A stretch of 64,000 bases of DNA from an uncultured Methanomassiliicoccales archaeon (GTDB taxonomy: Archaea; Thermoplasmatota; Thermoplasmata; Methanomassiliicoccales; UBA472): positions 1,408,001-1,472,000 of the forward strand of contig OY968769.1 of NCBI GenBank assembly GCA_963695345.1, written 5' to 3'. A model generated the notes under the pieces. It was not told the DNA's origin, did not search any database, and was given only the letters and a program-made list of their open reading frames with translations. Position numbers and translations under genes: made by a program. Shown piece by piece: positions 30,901 to 40,174 of the stretch (the stretch's first letter is position 1; each line of letters opens with the position of its first letter).

Positions 30901-31025
30901 TTCGAATCTGACAAGGTCGACCCTGAATCGTTTTCTCCTTCGGCCGCACCGATCGAGGTTGACAGGGGCAATAGCATGAGGCAAATCAGCAGTGATATCA
31001 GGGGTGATGAGAACTGCCTCTTCAT
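27966..31025 (-). CDS. Large secreted, C-terminally membrane-anchored protein with deacetylase-like core and Ig-like repeats
   Basis: Signal peptide; Ig-like motifs (YYAVDNAGN, AIDNVGN); C-terminal TM followed by RRKRD. Confidence 0.8.
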   Translation of the reverse strand: MKRQFSSPLISLLICLMLLPLSTSIGAAEGENDSGSTLSDSNGWGLAETFDNVATGTTVDFHDFKLYPNLFTDTVILDGKLWIMFRGNDSALLAKYSPIAADDTWNVSFDAYTPRNGASYWAQNVTCGTYGLRIMLVDGNGNNITGIELLIGPEAQEGILTFDAQTGAWTMQSAGILPALSNRSAAQESSPDRYCVSLAKTSSTSVQLTVVHSRDGLILTKNIAVRDDLSSRPSLQLYSDATVGFIHTTDIHGPYPVSGGWMLDNFETRAASDGFVEVQPNIEVNNRSDPRWLKVVDTLGRTVSDASVTIAGRQALFNLTNGRYEADAGYPSVDWAVPTPYSVTANGVTLEGLIKVTTIPDPCAAYVTEWWNGWSWATVLGRDDCSGPSTVLDTFKGYDHPLTAYVFTDNPMGNSSMVLATQSEIGKHGPHDYYNWMKKNWVESVHSANQGQQALRNAYDFASRWDDPSYVGNGDTYLSLANPGNTATFQMLYAQYLAGVRIEGISSNQANGAPGNDSLIGAWGVDPWAKWDPMDPIDLMDAVRQLNTDNTLTYERVLAIAREGGLARIYNHGMISQPNLLHWICDNKSDATPVNWKATDGEATSYYYGHMTTDVMAVLSETSSDVQVFEVTRQDPKEAGYWLVPVTIAIPLNNHTVERVEVVGNEATLSSLPWSDSVLRNLSGARVMDIGYDIRDGVLYVSAFWNASSELRIHYVPKDPAILNSPQLALPIGTSYEFNATATEGKGDVVWTLSTDAPFLSVRWSDRTHCLVAGTPKLPGSFSVSITVASAVHSSSVNYTLIAWQPPDREPPTSAISGDVGHWVNRTALIALTAYDLVSGVMAIHYEIDDGPWKVYSRSVSIVGDGRHLVRYYAVDNAGNTEGIKQKEVFIDRKAPEARFNNPENQQFFDGKLRLRLSSWDNLSGIASLSVTDGFGRSYAVGAGETSLVLDHVEIGNWTYVLKAIDNVGNTMTTSVTIEMRPGGRLGWDDASLPVVLAISISAGLLCVTAIVLGRRKRD

Positions 31026-31096
31026 ATGACGATTGCTCCAGACGTTCCTTCAACCACAGGTTGAGTATATAATCGTTCAGAGATTTTTTCCACACT

Positions 31097-32212
31097 TCAG
31101 CGAACGGTTGGGAGGGAATGATAGACCTCCACCAGCCTTTCCTTCATCGCGGCCCAGTTGTAGGTCCTCTCAGCGGCTGCCCTTCCATTCCTTCCCATCC
31201 TCTTCCTCGTCTCCGCATCCTGGAGCAAGGATATCGCGGACGACATGCCTTTGGAGCTGTATTCTATGGCAACGCCACAATCCAGGCCTTTGACCAGATC
31301 GCCGCTGTGGGTTCCTTCGGTGACGATCGCCGGCACTCCATAGGCCATCGCCTCAAAGAGCTTGTTCGGGGTGCCGATGACATTGTTGCCGTTGCTCGGC
31401 TCCATCATGCAGACGACAGCATCGCTGCGCGACACGTTCAAAAGCACCTGTTCCTGAGGTATATAGTCGAGGAACTGGACCCGGTCCGACTCCGCCGCCG
31501 CCCTTCTCACATTATCGGCGAGACGGCCGTTTCCGGCGATCCTGAGGACGCAATCCCCGTTGGCCATCGCGGATTCCAGCATCTCGTCGACGAACCGTCC
31601 CGGTTCCAGGCTTCCGCCATAGAACAGGCAGATCCGATCCTTTTTCCGGTATGCTTCCCGGACCGCATCCGGCGGCAGGTCAATGCAGTTCATGACCACC
31701 GTCACTGGTCCCGCCCCAGAATCCTTCAGATGGTCCGCGATCGCCTCATTGGCGGCGATCACCGCGCCGCAATTCGCCAGCAGCAACGATTCGGTACGCT
31801 CGATGGCCTGGAGCACGAAAGCGGGCAGGTCATCCTCGACCATCTTCGAATACCACTCGTGCGAATCATACACCAGCGGGACCCCGCGGAGCCTGGCGAT
31901 GAACACGCCAAGCGCAAGCGTGTCGAAATCATGGCAGTGGACCGCGTCGAACTCGAGGCGGCGCGAACGAAGATAGGCGCGAACGAAGAAAAATGGCATG
32001 TTCGCACCGAGCGACAGCATGCCCCCGACTCTGCCGGTGCGTACCCTTTCGATCATGACGCCCGAATCGTCCTGCCGGTCCTGAGCCCTCAGGGAACGGT
32101 TCCAGCAGAGGACGGTGACCGCATGTCCCGCTTCATGCAGGGTTGTCGCTTCTTTCCTGACGCGAGGGTCTGGCCGGTATTCGTTGGACAGCAGCATCAG
32201 GATCTTGATCAT
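31097..32212 (-). CDS. Glycosyltransferase family 4
   Basis: DPRVRKEA, HCHD, YDSHE and PNKLFEAMAYG motifs. Confidence 0.88.
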   Translation of the reverse strand: MIKILMLLSNEYRPDPRVRKEATTLHEAGHAVTVLCWNRSLRAQDRQDDSGVMIERVRTGRVGGMLSLGANMPFFFVRAYLRSRRLEFDAVHCHDFDTLALGVFIARLRGVPLVYDSHEWYSKMVEDDLPAFVLQAIERTESLLLANCGAVIAANEAIADHLKDSGAGPVTVVMNCIDLPPDAVREAYRKKDRICLFYGGSLEPGRFVDEMLESAMANGDCVLRIAGNGRLADNVRRAAAESDRVQFLDYIPQEQVLLNVSRSDAVVCMMEPSNGNNVIGTPNKLFEAMAYGVPAIVTEGTHSGDLVKGLDCGVAIEYSSKGMSSAISLLQDAETRKRMGRNGRAAAERTYNWAAMKERLVEVYHSLPTVR

Positions 32213-32225
32213 GATACCCGCCGTT

Positions 32226-33167
32226 CTAGACCGTCCTGCCCTGGGCGAGCGAGTCCTTTGCCCGCTCGATCATCTCCACCGTCTTGACCCCTATGGCACC
32301 AGAGTTCCTTGTCTCGGTCATAGGGTCGGAGATGGACTTGATGAAATGGAGCAGCTCGGTCCTAATGGTGTTGTTGCGCTCGACACCCAGGCGGTAGGTG
32401 TAGCCTGATTCGTAGATGGTGACCTCCTGGCCTACGGCGTCGATCACGGCGGACCGGTTCTCCCCGACGATCTCGATGGACCGCACTTTCTTGGGGGAAA
32501 GCCAGTTCAGGTGGGCGTGGGCCAAGGCCCCGTTGGGCATCTCGCAGCTGATGTACGTGGCCTCGGCGTTGTCCTTCTGCCGGTACGGTCTGGCCACGCA
32601 GGTGATCTTAGAGGGCCAGGCATCGAGCATGTAATTGACGATATCAAAATAATGAGGTGCCAGGTCGACTATCACGTCGCGGTCGGTGAAGATCGGTTCC
32701 AGGTTGGTCCAGGTCAGGTTCAGTAGGAAGACGCGACCGAAGAAGTTCTCGCTGATCAGACGCTTGACCTCCGCCAGCGCGTTGTTGAAGCGATAGATGT
32801 GCCCGACCGAGAGGGTCAGTCCCTTCGCCTCCGCCAGGTCCACCAGGATGCTTCCCTCCTTGCTGGACAATGTGATGGGCTTCTCCACCAGAACATGCTT
32901 GCCCGCCTCCAGCGCCTCCTTGCAGGCTTGGAAATGGAGCGAGTTGGGCAGGCAGATGTGAACCGCGTGCAGGCCTTCCAACTTGATCACGTCATGGTAG
33001 TCGTTGAACAGCATCGGCACGCCATAGCGGTCCTTGCAGTGCTGCAGGTTCTTTTCCATCAGATCGGAGACCCCTTGGACCTTCACGTTCTGTATGGCGC
33101 TGTACTCCTCCACTATCTTCCGGCCCCAGTACCCGACGCCGAGCACGCCTATCTGGAACTGTTTCAT
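32226..33167 (-). CDS. Gfo/Idh/MocA oxidoreductase (WbpB/WlbA-like)
   Basis: GVGYWG, VLVEKP and DLAPH motifs; in an operon with an aminotransferase and an acetyltransferase. Confidence 0.88.
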   Translation of the reverse strand: MKQFQIGVLGVGYWGRKIVEEYSAIQNVKVQGVSDLMEKNLQHCKDRYGVPMLFNDYHDVIKLEGLHAVHICLPNSLHFQACKEALEAGKHVLVEKPITLSSKEGSILVDLAEAKGLTLSVGHIYRFNNALAEVKRLISENFFGRVFLLNLTWTNLEPIFTDRDVIVDLAPHYFDIVNYMLDAWPSKITCVARPYRQKDNAEATYISCEMPNGALAHAHLNWLSPKKVRSIEIVGENRSAVIDAVGQEVTIYESGYTYRLGVERNNTIRTELLHFIKSISDPMTETRNSGAIGVKTVEMIERAKDSLAQGRTV

Positions 33168-33168
33168 C

Positions 33169-34278
33169 TCACTCCGACCTCGAGTAGAATGCCCTTACCT
33201 CTTCCGCTACCCGTCCTACCTCATCATGGCTCATGTCCGGGAACATGGGCAGCGAGATCATCTCATTGGCCAGCGCCTCCGAGATAGGGAACTCCCCGCC
33301 ATTGAACCCATACAGCTGCTTGTAGATCGGCTGCATGTGGATGGGCACTGGGTAATGCACGCCCGCCTCGATCCCGTTCTTGTTCAGATGATCGGCCAGC
33401 TCGTCCCGCCTGGTGCACCTGACCGCGTAAAGGTGGAAGACCGGGGTTATGTCCTTGTCCCCCATGGGCGGCAATCTGATCTCCCTTATCCCGTCCAGTG
33501 CCTTACCGTACATCTTGGCAACCGCGATTCTCCGTGCGTTCCAATCGTCCAGGTGCTTCAGCTGCACCAGTCCGAAGGCGGCGTTGGCGGAATTGAGCCG
33601 GGAAGTGTAGCCGACCACGTCATGGACATACCTGGATATCCGGCCACAATCGCGATACTTGGCTATGTTCATGGCCGTGTCGCTGTCGTTTGTGGTGATC
33701 ATGCCACCGTCACCGCCCACGGTCATGTTCTTGGTGGGGTAGAAAGAGAAGCATCCGATATCCCCGATCGATCCCGCCTTCTTGCCCTTGTATACGGACC
33801 CATGAGCTTGGCAGGCATCCTCGACCACCTTCAGGCCCCTATCGGAGGCGATGTCCATGATCTCGTCCATCCGGCAAGGCCGTCCGAAAAGATGGACTGG
33901 CAGGAGGGCAGAGGTCTTCTTGGTCAATTTGTCGGGGATCATCGCCGGGTCCATGTTGTAATCCTGGTCCGAAGCATCCGAGAACGTGGGTCTTCCCCCC
34001 GCCTCGATCACCGAGTTCGCAGTGGCTATGAACGAGAACGGGGTTGTCAGGACCTCCTTGTCCCTGACATTGAGAGCGATGAATGCCAGCTGCAACGCGT
34101 TGGTCCCTGACGAGACCGACACGGCATGTTTGACACCGCAGTATCTTGCGAAAGCCTCTTCGAACTTGTGAACGCTCTCCCCGCCCACCAGCCTTTCGTT
34201 CTGGAGGGCGTTGGTTACCGCGTCAAGCATCTCTTTGTCCACTATAGGTTTAGCGAATGGAACTTTGTTCATTTTCAT
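33169..34278 (-). CDS. DegT/DnrJ sugar aminotransferase (WbpE/WlbC-like)
   Basis: SSGTNAL, PVHLFG, EDACQAHG and FSFYPTKNM motifs. Confidence 0.92.
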   Translation of the reverse strand: MKMNKVPFAKPIVDKEMLDAVTNALQNERLVGGESVHKFEEAFARYCGVKHAVSVSSGTNALQLAFIALNVRDKEVLTTPFSFIATANSVIEAGGRPTFSDASDQDYNMDPAMIPDKLTKKTSALLPVHLFGRPCRMDEIMDIASDRGLKVVEDACQAHGSVYKGKKAGSIGDIGCFSFYPTKNMTVGGDGGMITTNDSDTAMNIAKYRDCGRISRYVHDVVGYTSRLNSANAAFGLVQLKHLDDWNARRIAVAKMYGKALDGIREIRLPPMGDKDITPVFHLYAVRCTRRDELADHLNKNGIEAGVHYPVPIHMQPIYKQLYGFNGGEFPISEALANEMISLPMFPDMSHDEVGRVAEEVRAFYSRSE

Positions 34279-34283
34279 CACCG

Positions 34284-34766
34284 TTACTTGAGTTTCTTGA
34301 TCACCTTGGCAGGGTTTCCGACGACGAGGGAATTCGGAGGCACGTCCTTTGTTACGACGGCCCCTGCTCCCACCATGGCACCCTCGCCGATGGTGACACC
34401 GCATACGATTACCGCGCCTGCCCCTATCGAAGCCCCCTTCCTTACCGTGGTCGGAGTGACCTCCCAGTCTCCCACTGCATGGGGATGGAGATCGTTGGTG
34501 AAAACGGCGTGCGGGCCTATGAAAACCTCATCCTCGACGGTTACCCCGCTGGGTACGAATGCGAAAGCCTCTATCTTGCACCGATCGCCCAGGACAACGC
34601 CTCTCTGTATCTCAGCGAACGCCGCGATCTTGCAGTCCTTTCCGATCCTGCAGCCATACAGGTTGACGAAATCTCGAACAACCGTGCCTTCTCCGATATC
34701 ACAGTCATGGATCGAATAGAAGTCGGCCAGTAGCTTGTAGCCTTTACTATCTTCGTCCTTATTCAT
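34284..34766 (-). CDS. Hexapeptide-repeat sugar N-acetyltransferase (WbpD/WlbB-like)
   Basis: VFTND, GASIGAGA, GAMVGAGAVVTKDVP and VGNPA motifs. Confidence 0.9.
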   Translation of the reverse strand: MNKDEDSKGYKLLADFYSIHDCDIGEGTVVRDFVNLYGCRIGKDCKIAAFAEIQRGVVLGDRCKIEAFAFVPSGVTVEDEVFIGPHAVFTNDLHPHAVGDWEVTPTTVRKGASIGAGAVIVCGVTIGEGAMVGAGAVVTKDVPPNSLVVGNPAKVIKKLK

Positions 34767-35029
34767 CCGCTATCTCTAACTCTCTAGTTGATTAATAATC
34801 TTTTGCTGAAAAAATCATGCTGGCTGGAGCAGACATGCCCGATATTTTACGAACTTCCCGATGAATGGCAACGGTGAGATTCGTCCGGACCTCCTTGGGT
34901 AATATGCGAAGATCATCGGGGAATTCATTGTTCCCGTTGAGGTCATTTCATCCTGTACACATCTTTCAGACATGGTACCTATGGTCGCCCCGACTTGCTG
35001 GCCATTACCAGAAAATTAGCCAACAACCT

Positions 35030-35078
35030 ATTTATATCTAGTTCAACATTCATTTATATCGTCTGACACGTGTCGGAC
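35030..35078 (+). promoter_or_regulatory. smc promoter: tandem TTTATAT boxes followed by an 18-bp palindrome
   Basis: ATTTATATC occurs twice, followed by GTCTGACACGTGTCGGAC (35061-35078), self-complementary except one pair. Confidence 0.55.
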
Positions 35079-35155
35079 TCGAGGGATGGGATGCAGCTGG
35101 AGCTAAGGCTCTATTTGAAAGATTGCTCCAAAGACCTCATTCAGGGGGGTTTTGG

Positions 35156-38100
35156 ATGTTTCTAAAACAGATCGAAGTAGAGAACTTTAAGTCATTCGGA
35201 AAGAAGATGACCATCCCGATGATGAACGGCTTCACTGCCGTCACCGGACCCAACGGTTCCGGTAAATCCAACATATCCGATGCCATCCTTTTTGTCCTCG
35301 GCCCGAGGAGCTCCAAGGCGCTCCGGGCGGAGAGGCTCACCGACCTCATATTCAATGGCGGGAACTCGAAGCAGCCCGCTACCTTTACAAAGGTTTCACT
35401 AGTGTTCGACAATACCGACCGCTTGATCCCGGTGGATTCGGGCATCGTAAAGCTGACCCGGCTGGTCAAGCTGTCGGAGAGTGGCGAGGGTTACAACTCC
35501 TATTTCTACGTGAACGACAGGAAATCGACCTTAAGCGAGTTCGATTATCTACTGTCCAGCGCCAGGATCAGCGCTGAGGGATACAATCTGGTGCAGCAGG
35601 GTGACATCACCCGCATCGTGGCCATGTCCACATTGGACCGGCGTAGGATACTGGACGACATATCCGGCATCAGCAAGTTCGATGAGGAGCTCACCAAGGC
35701 GGAGGTCGAGAAGAAGGCGACCGACGAGAACATTGACCGGATCGACATCATAATGGCTGAACTGGAGAAGCAGCTCCACCAGCTGGAGGTGGAGAAGGCC
35801 GCCGCCATCAAGTTCATCGAGACCAGACAGCGCCTTACCCAGGCCAAGTCAAGCATGGCCTTCAAGAAGAAAGACATGGCCGAGGCCGAGATCGCCGCGG
35901 CGAAGAACCAGATCGAGGCCTATGGCAGGGAGATCGAGGCCCTCAGGCAGAGGAAGGTCGACCTGATCAAGTCCATAATAGACCAGGAGGCGGCCACGGC
36001 GAAGCTCGAGGCGGAGATCGCCGCAAAGGGCGGCCAGGAGTTCAAGGAGCTGAAGGAGCGGTCCGACGCGGCGAAGATAGAGCTGGCCCGGGCTACCGAC
36101 CTGATATCCCGATCCAACGAAGACCTGGAGGACATCAAGCAGTCATTGCTGGAGAAGGTGGAAGAGCGCAAGAAGGTCACCGAGCTGATCTCCACCCTGG
36201 GCGTCAAGATCAAGGAGCTGGAAGGTCAGATAGGGCAGCGCAGGGCCAACCTGGCCCTGAAGAATGCAAATCATGCCGAGGTATCCGCCAAGATCACCGC
36301 CTCCGATTCCGAGGTCGGCGCGCTGCAGAAGCAGGTCGCCGAGCTGGAGAACTCGGTCAAGGACAAGGAGGAGAAGGGTCACGCCCTGGTCCTGGAGAAG
36401 GAGCGCCTGGAGGAGAGGTCAAGAAGGCTCACCTCCGAGATGGGCACGCTCCAGGACATCAAAGGCCAATTGGAATTCGAGGTCAAGGACCTGGACTGGA
36501 GGATCAGGGAACTGTCCAAATCGGACAAGAGCTCCTCAGGGGAGCTGAAGGGCCTCCAGGACGCCTATTTCCAGAAGCGCAACCTGGAATCCAAGCTGTC
36601 GCGGGAATCGAACGAGCTGGAACAGGCGATCAAGTCCATCACTAGGGAGTACAGTCTTCTGAAGGCGGAAATGGACGCGGCCGAGAACACCTCCCGCGGC
36701 TACAACCGGGCGGTCCGCGCCATACTTGAGGCCAGGGACAAGCACGAGATCAAAGGCATCCATGGGACGGTCGCGGAACTGGCGACCATCGACCCGAAGT
36801 ACGAGCTGGCTCTGAACGTGGCCGCAGGGGCGAGGATGCAATCGATCATCGTCGACAGCGACGAGGTGGCAGCGACCGCCATACAATTCCTGAAACGTAA
36901 CAACCTGGGAAGGGCCACGTTCCTGCCGCTCACCAAGATGCTCGACGGGAATCCCCGGGGCAAGGCCCTGCTGGCGGAGAAGCAGGCGGTGGGATTCGCC
37001 ATCGATCTGATCCGCTACGATGCGAAGTATCGGCCCGCCTTCTGGTATGTGTTCGGCGACACCGTGGTCGTGGACAGCCTGGACCAGGCCAGGAGGCTCA
37101 TGGGAGGGGTACGCCTGGTGACTGGCTCGGGAGAGCTGATCGAAGCCTCCGGCGCCATGGTCGGCGGCACCATAGAGGTCAATCAGCTCAAGTTCGGGCA
37201 ATCGGCCAAGGGCAAGCTCGAGCTACTGGCCGAGCAGATGTCCAAGGCCATGGACCACTCCGCAAGCCTGGATGCCCAGATCAAGGTGCTCAGGCCGGAG
37301 ATCGCCGACCTGGAAGCGAAGATCCGCGAACTGAGCGGGTCGGGCAGCAGCAACAGCATCAAGATAGAGGCGCTGGACAACAATCTCAAAGAGGCCCGAA
37401 CCAAGCTGTCGAAGGCCAAGGATGACCTCGAGGCGATGACCAAGGAACGGTCTGTAGCGGACGCCAGTGTCATCAAGTTGATGACCGACATCGACTCGAT
37501 GCAAAGGACGACGGGCGAAGAGCGGATGAAGCGCGAGGCCTCCCGTAAGAGACTGATGGAGATCGCCCCCAAGGAACTGACGGACAAGCTGCGTGCACTG
37601 CAGGCCGAGCTGCTGACGATCAACACCGAACTTTCAAAGATGACCTCGGAGCGGGACACCGGTTCCACCGAGGTCTCGCTCTATAGGAAACGCCTTGAGG
37701 AACTGGACACCTTCGACCGGGAGATGGTGGAGAAGGACCGCACCATCAGGACGTCGGTCGAGGAGGCCAAGGTCAGGGAGGCCAAGCTCCGGATCGATCT
37801 GGCAGCCATGAAGAAGATCGAGGAGTCCATGGGCTCCGAGATGAACACCCTGCGGGCCAAGAAGGACCAGGCGTTCAGGGAAAAGACCCGCCTGGAAGGC
37901 GAGAGGGACTCGGTCCAGACGAAGGTGGAGACATCCGGCGATTTCATCCTGCAGCTGAAGACCAAGCAGGCCGCCATCGAAGCCTCGCTTAAGGACCTGG
38001 ACGCAGAGATACACCAGCACAATCTTCCGGCCAAGAGGCCGCTGCCGGCGATGGACGAGATCAAGTCCGAGATCACCCGCTGCGAGACGACGATGGCCGC

Positions 38101-38767
38101 CATGGGCAACGTCAACCTCAAGTCCATCGAGGACTTCGAGCAGAAGAACGCCCGGCACATCGAGCTCAAGGGCGAGGTGAAGCGCCTGGAGGACCAGCGC
38201 AACGACCTCATCCGGCTGACCAATGACCTGAATGAGAAGAAGAAGGTCGGACTGCTCAAGGTCTACGAGGGGGTCAACCTCAATTTCAAAGAGGTCTACG
38301 CCGACCTGTCCCAGGGCGGGACCGCCGAACTGATACTGGAGAATCCGGAAAAGCCGTTCGAGGGCGGATTGATCATGAAGGCCAAGCCCCGAAACGGAAA
38401 GGTGCTCCGGCTGGAGGCGCTATCCGGCGGGGAGAAGAGCCTCACGGCATTGGCGTTCATATTTGCGCTGCAGGTCTGGCAGCCGTCGCCGTTCTACCTC
38501 CTGGACGAGGTGGACATGTTCCTGGACGCGGTCAACGCGGACATGGTGGCGCAGAGGGTCAAGAAGAGCAGCAAGACCGCCCAGTTCGTCCAGATATCGC
38601 TCCGGAAGGTCACGCTGAACAAGGCCGACCACATCATCGGCGTCACGAAGCCCGAGGGGGGCATCAGCAACGTGATCATGAGGCCCAACCTGGGGGACAT
38701 CCGGGAAGTGGCAGAGGAGCTCAAGATTCCGGAAGAGAAGGTCAAGATTCTAGAGGAGGGGTCATGA
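35156..38767 (+). CDS. smc: Chromosome segregation ATPase SMC
   Basis: GPNGSGKSN, coiled coils, hinge GRATFLPL, LSGGEKSL and LDEVD. Confidence 0.97.
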   Translation: MFLKQIEVENFKSFGKKMTIPMMNGFTAVTGPNGSGKSNISDAILFVLGPRSSKALRAERLTDLIFNGGNSKQPATFTKVSLVFDNTDRLIPVDSGIVKLTRLVKLSESGEGYNSYFYVNDRKSTLSEFDYLLSSARISAEGYNLVQQGDITRIVAMSTLDRRRILDDISGISKFDEELTKAEVEKKATDENIDRIDIIMAELEKQLHQLEVEKAAAIKFIETRQRLTQAKSSMAFKKKDMAEAEIAAAKNQIEAYGREIEALRQRKVDLIKSIIDQEAATAKLEAEIAAKGGQEFKELKERSDAAKIELARATDLISRSNEDLEDIKQSLLEKVEERKKVTELISTLGVKIKELEGQIGQRRANLALKNANHAEVSAKITASDSEVGALQKQVAELENSVKDKEEKGHALVLEKERLEERSRRLTSEMGTLQDIKGQLEFEVKDLDWRIRELSKSDKSSSGELKGLQDAYFQKRNLESKLSRESNELEQAIKSITREYSLLKAEMDAAENTSRGYNRAVRAILEARDKHEIKGIHGTVAELATIDPKYELALNVAAGARMQSIIVDSDEVAATAIQFLKRNNLGRATFLPLTKMLDGNPRGKALLAEKQAVGFAIDLIRYDAKYRPAFWYVFGDTVVVDSLDQARRLMGGVRLVTGSGELIEASGAMVGGTIEVNQLKFGQSAKGKLELLAEQMSKAMDHSASLDAQIKVLRPEIADLEAKIRELSGSGSSNSIKIEALDNNLKEARTKLSKAKDDLEAMTKERSVADASVIKLMTDIDSMQRTTGEERMKREASRKRLMEIAPKELTDKLRALQAELLTINTELSKMTSERDTGSTEVSLYRKRLEELDTFDREMVEKDRTIRTSVEEAKVREAKLRIDLAAMKKIEESMGSEMNTLRAKKDQAFREKTRLEGERDSVQTKVETSGDFILQLKTKQAAIEASLKDLDAEIHQHNLPAKRPLPAMDEIKSEITRCETTMAAMGNVNLKSIEDFEQKNARHIELKGEVKRLEDQRNDLIRLTNDLNEKKKVGLLKVYEGVNLNFKEVYADLSQGGTAELILENPEKPFEGGLIMKAKPRNGKVLRLEALSGGEKSLTALAFIFALQVWQPSPFYLLDEVDMFLDAVNADMVAQRVKKSSKTAQFVQISLRKVTLNKADHIIGVTKPEGGISNVIMRPNLGDIREVAEELKIPEEKVKILEEGS

Positions 38768-39675
38768 TGGAAGCAGGCACTAGCGGTATGGTTCTCAACC
38801 ATCTTCTGTTTCAGAAGGCGATCATCGACGAAGGCGACAGGAGCGAGAAGATCGACCGGTACCTGCAACTGCTGGAGCAGGCCGAGGCGGGCAACGAGAT
38901 GGTCCCATCGGACCCCATCGACCGATCCGTCCAGCTGGTATTCGAATTGGTGCTGTCCAACAACTATGACCCCTGGGACATCAATCTGATGGAGTTCACC
39001 CGGATGTACACCAAGAAGATGCATGCCGAGGAGGTCAACTTCATCGTCGCCGGCAAGCTGATGTTCATGGCCTGGAGCATCCTCAAGATGCAGTCCGAGG
39101 AGGTCCTCTCGGTCCATGACCAGCAGCATAGCGGAGAGGCGGCCGACTGGGAAATGGACCCGATGGAAGGGTGCTATGACGATCCTGTTCTGGCAAACAT
39201 CAACGTCGACATCCCTGGATGCGTGGACCTGACCGAGGCCGTCCGTCACCAGAGCACCCGGCCGGTATCGCTCATCGAACTGCTGGACGCCTTTGAGGGG
39301 GCCAAACGGGATGCCGAGATCCAGGCCCACCGGCAGAAGGTGCGGGAAGCCCTGAAGCTCACCAACGAGAAGTTCGACGACAAGGCCCACAAGGAGGACC
39401 ACGAGAGGGACGTGGCCGAGACCTGGGACCGCATTCTGAAATGCGGTAACGGACCGATCTGCATCGAGGACCTGTTCAATGGCGAGAAGGAGGACCGGAT
39501 CATGGTCTTCGTTTCCCTGCTCTTCCTGGCAAAATACGGCAAGGTCGCCCTATGGCAGGATGACCTTCCCTTCGGCCAGATATTCCTGGAGATCAAGCTG
39601 CCGTGGGACATCGGAACGATCGAGGAGACGAAGCCGGCCATCGTGCCGGCGCCGCAGGCGAAAGCGGTGATCTGA
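38764..39675 (+). CDS. scpA: Kleisin ScpA
   Basis: DPWDINL, RPVSLIELL and FVSLLFLA...LWQD..FGQI motifs; overlaps the smc stop. Confidence 0.88.
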   Translation: MMEAGTSGMVLNHLLFQKAIIDEGDRSEKIDRYLQLLEQAEAGNEMVPSDPIDRSVQLVFELVLSNNYDPWDINLMEFTRMYTKKMHAEEVNFIVAGKLMFMAWSILKMQSEEVLSVHDQQHSGEAADWEMDPMEGCYDDPVLANINVDIPGCVDLTEAVRHQSTRPVSLIELLDAFEGAKRDAEIQAHRQKVREALKLTNEKFDDKAHKEDHERDVAETWDRILKCGNGPICIEDLFNGEKEDRIMVFVSLLFLAKYGKVALWQDDLPFGQIFLEIKLPWDIGTIEETKPAIVPAPQAKAVI

Positions 39676-39676
39676 A

Positions 39677-40174
39677 GTGGACCCCGACCGGGTTGTCGAG
39701 GCGGTGCTGTTCTCCTCTTCATCCCCAGTCAAGGTGTCCGAGATAGCTGACAAGGCCCAGCTCTCTCAGGACGCGGTGCGGAGGGCGCTGAAGCGCCTCA
39801 TCGACGACTACGCCGGAAAGGAGTGCGCCATGGAGGTCGTCAAGACCGGCATGAAGTACTCCATGCAGCTCCGCAAGGATTACGTGCAATTCTCCGCCAG
39901 CTATGCCGTCCAAGAGCTGGACCCGGGAGTGATCAAGACCGCGGCCATAATAGCCTACAACCAGCCCATACTGCAATCGGACCTGGCAAAGAAGCGCGGG
40001 TCGAACGTTTATGACGATATCCGGTCCCTTCGGCACATCGGCCTGATCACCGGGAAGAAGACCGGTCAGACGCTTCTGCTCTCGACCACGAAGAAGTTCT
40101 CTGAATATTTCGGGATCAGCACCAGGAAGGAAGACATCAAGGAGTGGATGGAATCATGCGCAAAGAAACAATAA
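39677..40174 (+). CDS. scpB: Kite subunit ScpB
   Basis: VEAVLF, IIAYNQPI.QS....RG and TTKKFSEYFG motifs. Confidence 0.9.
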   Translation: MDPDRVVEAVLFSSSSPVKVSEIADKAQLSQDAVRRALKRLIDDYAGKECAMEVVKTGMKYSMQLRKDYVQFSASYAVQELDPGVIKTAAIIAYNQPILQSDLAKKRGSNVYDDIRSLRHIGLITGKKTGQTLLLSTTKKFSEYFGISTRKEDIKEWMESCAKKQ

